From assembly GCA_963695875.1 (NCBI GenBank), contig CAVOID010000004.1:224001-288000 (forward strand): 64,000 nt of DNA, given 5' to 3'. This document shows, piece after piece, positions 61,267 through 64,000 of this stretch; the first letter of the stretch is position 1; every line of letters begins with the position of its first letter. The position numbers and the translations under genes were made by a program. The notes beneath the pieces were generated by a model. It was not told the DNA's origin, did no database searches, and saw only the letters and a list, made by a program, of their open reading frames with translations. This DNA comes from an uncultured delta proteobacterium. Lineage in GTDB: Bacteria; Desulfobacterota; Syntrophia; Syntrophales; UBA2185.

Positions 61267-62172
61267 TCATGTTTTATCGGGAGATGAGATAAAATAGAAT
61301 TTACCTTCTTCGGTTCCTATGTTGCCATTTCTAATTAATCGCTCCAGGTGCTTGATTATCATTCCCCGTTCGGCGAACTCAAAGAAATACCGGGGCTGAA
61401 GCTCTCTCTTGAAAATGATCCAGCGCTCGACAATTTCATCTGTAGTTCTCGGCCTTTCCAAGAATTCCAATATCTTCTTTTCTCTCTGCGTAATAACGTT
61501 AAGATACGTTTCGACCATCTCGGTAATATCGCCTCTAATTATACCAGTTTCGTGCGAGGTGATATAAATGTCGGCCGGGATTTCCAATAATCTGCGCATG
61601 GATTGTATGGTCTGATCAATGTCAGACACCCTGTCGCCGTACCAGGGACCGAATCGGGAGAGGTCGAGATCCCCCATGAATAATATTCCCTGATCGGGAA
61701 AATGGAAACTGCAATGTCCGGCGGTGTGCCCAGGAGTGTGGATAACCCGCAATTTCGTGTCACCAAAAGTTAAGAGAGCCCCATCCGCAAACTCGACAGA
61801 GGGTGCGCGCTCCCGGAAATGAAATCTATTAAGAAAGAGATCGTCCCATTCCGCCCTGTATTTGGAATCGAGCAGTCCACAATAGTCCAGGAATGAGCTG
61901 TAGGACCTGAAGCATGTGCCTATGGCCTCGTGCACATAAAGTTCGGCTTCAGGAAATAGGTAATTAAAGGCAATATGATCCTCGTGGTAATGGGAGTTAA
62001 TTATTATATCGACCTTTTTTCCCCGAGCAAGTTTCCTTAGAAATGATTCGTCCGATGCCGGATCGATGATTGCCTTTTTCTTATCATCGATGAACAAAGA
62101 ATTGCAAAAGGGGTACTTTCCGCAACCCATCCCTGGAATAAAAACTAAATTGCCAAACCTTGTCTCTTCCAT
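61267..62172 (-). CDS. MBL-fold metallo-hydrolase with C-terminal winged-helix-like tail
   Basis: SHYHEDH, TPGHTAGH, GDLD, SH. Confidence 0.85.
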   Translation of the reverse strand: MEETRFGNLVFIPGMGCGKYPFCNSLFIDDKKKAIIDPASDESFLRKLARGKKVDIIINSHYHEDHIAFNYLFPEAELYVHEAIGTCFRSYSSFLDYCGLLDSKYRAEWDDLFLNRFHFRERAPSVEFADGALLTFGDTKLRVIHTPGHTAGHCSFHFPDQGILFMGDLDLSRFGPWYGDRVSDIDQTIQSMRRLLEIPADIYITSHETGIIRGDITEMVETYLNVITQREKKILEFLERPRTTDEIVERWIIFKRELQPRYFFEFAERGMIIKHLERLIRNGNIGTEEGKFYFISSPDKT

Positions 62173-62498
62173 TTTTATGCTGATTCTATACTGATGACAT
62201 GTAAGATGATAGCAAGAAGTATCAATCAATGCAGAGCGATTTATTTTATGATGGCCTTTTCCACAGCTCCCTTAGTGCACGTGTGATTATTCACTCTGCC
62301 GCAGAATTATGGATTTCATTCAATTTCCGATATAATGTGCTTCTCGCTATTCCTAATTTTTTTGCGATCTTTCTTTTGGGTAAGTTTGATTTAATCATCT
62401 TCATTATTAATTCACGCTCTATTTTGTTTACCTGTTCAATTTTATAAATGTCTTCACTTGATTTTGAATCTGTAATTTCAGACGACCTTTAATGCCCT

Positions 62499-62519
62499 TG
62501 GTGCCGAAGCTGGGATTGA
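62499..62519 (-). other. Isolated tRNA 3'-end fragment (possible att-site scar)
   Basis: Minus strand TCAATCCCAGCTTCGGCACCA, resembling part of a T-arm plus the acceptor 3' strand and CCA; the rest of the tRNA is absent. Confidence 0.4.
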
Positions 62520-62779
62520 GTTATTGGATCTCCAGTTCGAGTACATCATAATTAAAGGAAATGAGCAAGCGTGTCCAGCCGAAAGTGTAAGACTTGAATA
62601 TTTGGCGAGGACTCACAACATTTAACCTGTCGGGCAATATAAAACGATTGACTTTGAGTGTGAATTTTGCTCTTTCTTGCTATATGTGTTCATTTCCCAG
62701 CAAAACATAACTTTGGCATAGATGGTCCGGATGCCGGCGACACTCACGAACGAACTGCGCAGGAAGAAGACTAAAGACA

Positions 62780-64000
62780 ATGGCAAAGAATATTTCTACC
62801 CTCCGAACAGCGAAGAAAGCAGCGGTCGAAAGCGACCAGCTATTGCGGACCCTGACGGAGAAGTCTTTTGCGGGAATTTATGTTGTTCAGGATGGACGAT
62901 TCCGTTTTGTGAATGCTAACGCGGCATCATATACGGGATATAAAGCTGGAGAGCTGATTGGAATGAAAGCGGACCGTATCGTACATCCGGAAGACAGGTC
63001 CATTGTGAAAAGAAATGCAAGGGATATGTTGAAGGGAGGACGCACATCGCCGCACGAGTTCAGAATCGTCACAAAAAAGGGGGATATTCGATGGGTCTTG
63101 GAAACGGTAACGTCCATCATGTACGAAGGTAAACGCGCCATCCTCGGGAATTCAATGGACATTACAGAACGCAAACTGGCGGATGATATCGTGAGAGAAT
63201 CGGGACGCCGTTTGTCGGATATCATCGATTTCCTACCCGATGCAACCCTGGCGATAGACAATAAGGGCAAAGTCGTCATCTGGAACCGCGCGATCGAGGA
63301 AATGACGGGCATTTCCGCCAAAGATATGCTGGGTAAGCGAAATTATGAATACGCCATCCCCTTCTATAACAAGAGAAGACCTTTGCTAGTAGATCTTCTG
63401 CTCAGGCCGGATGGGCGCATAGAGCAAAAGTACAGCATCATACAGAAACAAAAAGACCTCCTGATTGCGGAAGTTGAGATTCCGAACCTGAAAGGAAGAA
63501 GAACTTTTCTATGGGGAAAAGCGAGCCCGCTTCATGATGGCAGGGGGAATATTGCGGGCGCCATAGAAACGATTCGCGATATTACCGTTCGGCGTCTGGC
63601 AGAGGAGGCGCTCAAGGAGTCTGAGAGGCGCTTGGCTGATATTATCGATTTCCTCCCTGATGCGACCCTGGTTATTGATCGGCAAGGGAAAGTGATCGCC
63701 TGGAACCGCGCCATAGAAGAAATGACCGGAGTTTCCGCAAAAGACATGCTGGGAAAAGGAAAATATGCGTATGCGGTTCCATTTTACGGTAAACCCAGGC
63801 CTATCATGCTGGATCTGATACTGAAGCCGGATAAGAGAATCGAGCAGAGTTATTACTCCATTCTCGAAAGACAGAAAGACCTTTTGATTGTTGAAACATG
63901 GGTTCCTTTACTTAGAGGGAAAAGGGCATTCCTCTGGGGCAAAGCAAGTCCTCTTTATGACAGCAATGGATGCATTGTCGGCGCCATAGAATCCATTCGG
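62780..64000 (+). CDS. Multi-PAS/PAC signalling protein (runs off the window end; absent from the ORF track)
   Basis: FAGIYVVQDGRFRFVN...GY..EL...VHPED; then two tandem units DIIDFLPDATL.ID..GKV..WNRAIEEMTG at a 420-bp offset. Confidence 0.88.
   Translation, partial: MAKNISTLRTAKKAAVESDQLLRTLTEKSFAGIYVVQDGRFRFVNANAASYTGYKAGELIGMKADRIVHPEDRSIVKRNARDMLKGGRTSPHEFRIVTKKGDIRWVLETVTSIMYEGKRAILGNSMDITERKLADDIVRESGRRLSDIIDFLPDATLAIDNKGKVVIWNRAIEEMTGISAKDMLGKRNYEYAIPFYNKRRPLLVDLLLRPDGRIEQKYSIIQKQKDLLIAEVEIPNLKGRRTFLWGKASPLHDGRGNIAGAIETIRDITVRRLAEEALKESERRLADIIDFLPDATLVIDRQGKVIAWNRAIEEMTGVSAKDMLGKGKYAYAVPFYGKPRPIMLDLILKPDKRIEQSYYSILERQKDLLIVETWVPLLRGKRAFLWGKASPLYDSNGCIVGAIESIR

Noticed and set aside
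62887..63747. Minus-strand ORFs near the window end
   Set aside because: Antisense shadows of the plus-strand multi-PAS gene that runs off the window
1..64000. CRISPR array, rRNA or intact tRNA
   Set aside because: No regularly spaced repeat-spacer series or full RNA gene was found by eye; only a tRNA 3' fragment at 62499

Overview
A 64-kb chromosomal window from an anaerobic deltaproteobacterium. The gene content (selenoproteins, sigma-54 systems, acyl-CoA transferases, B12 mutase, SfMCT-like transporter) suggests Syntrophales/Desulfobacterota, which is an inference. Many genes are split by single-base indels that look like long-read consensus errors. Main content: (1) 1.0-12.5 kb holds a signalling and formate-oxidation locus: a Cache histidine kinase, a sigma-54 activator, three stand-alone receivers, a receiver-kinase hybrid, two copies of an unannotated 73-aa CxxC/CxxC protein, and a cytoplasmic selenocysteine formate dehydrogenase flanked by AsrB/FlxA-like and AsrA/FlxB-like subunits. 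Four sigma-54 promoters in this locus share the same paired GGGG-N7-CCCC upstream boxes at a fixed 64-66 bp spacing, and the fdh cassette lies between about 670-bp direct repeats. (2) Three selenoproteins that the ORF track truncates, each with an in-frame UGA at the catalytic Cys position and a downstream SECIS-like hairpin: FdhA, a CoA-disulfide-reductase/NADH-oxidase-family enzyme, and a UxxC thioredoxin-TPR protein. (3) Two glutaconate-type CoA-transferase pairs, one with an SLC16/SfMCT-like monocarboxylate transporter, plus a split methylmalonyl-CoA-mutase/MeaB operon. (4) pxpABC with a Liv-type ABC importer. (5) Housekeeping genes (tkt, glk, trxB, lgt, nudC, cutA, two tatA, cpoB), gene relics and several small non-autonomous repeat elements. 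No rRNA, intact tRNA or CRISPR array was seen.
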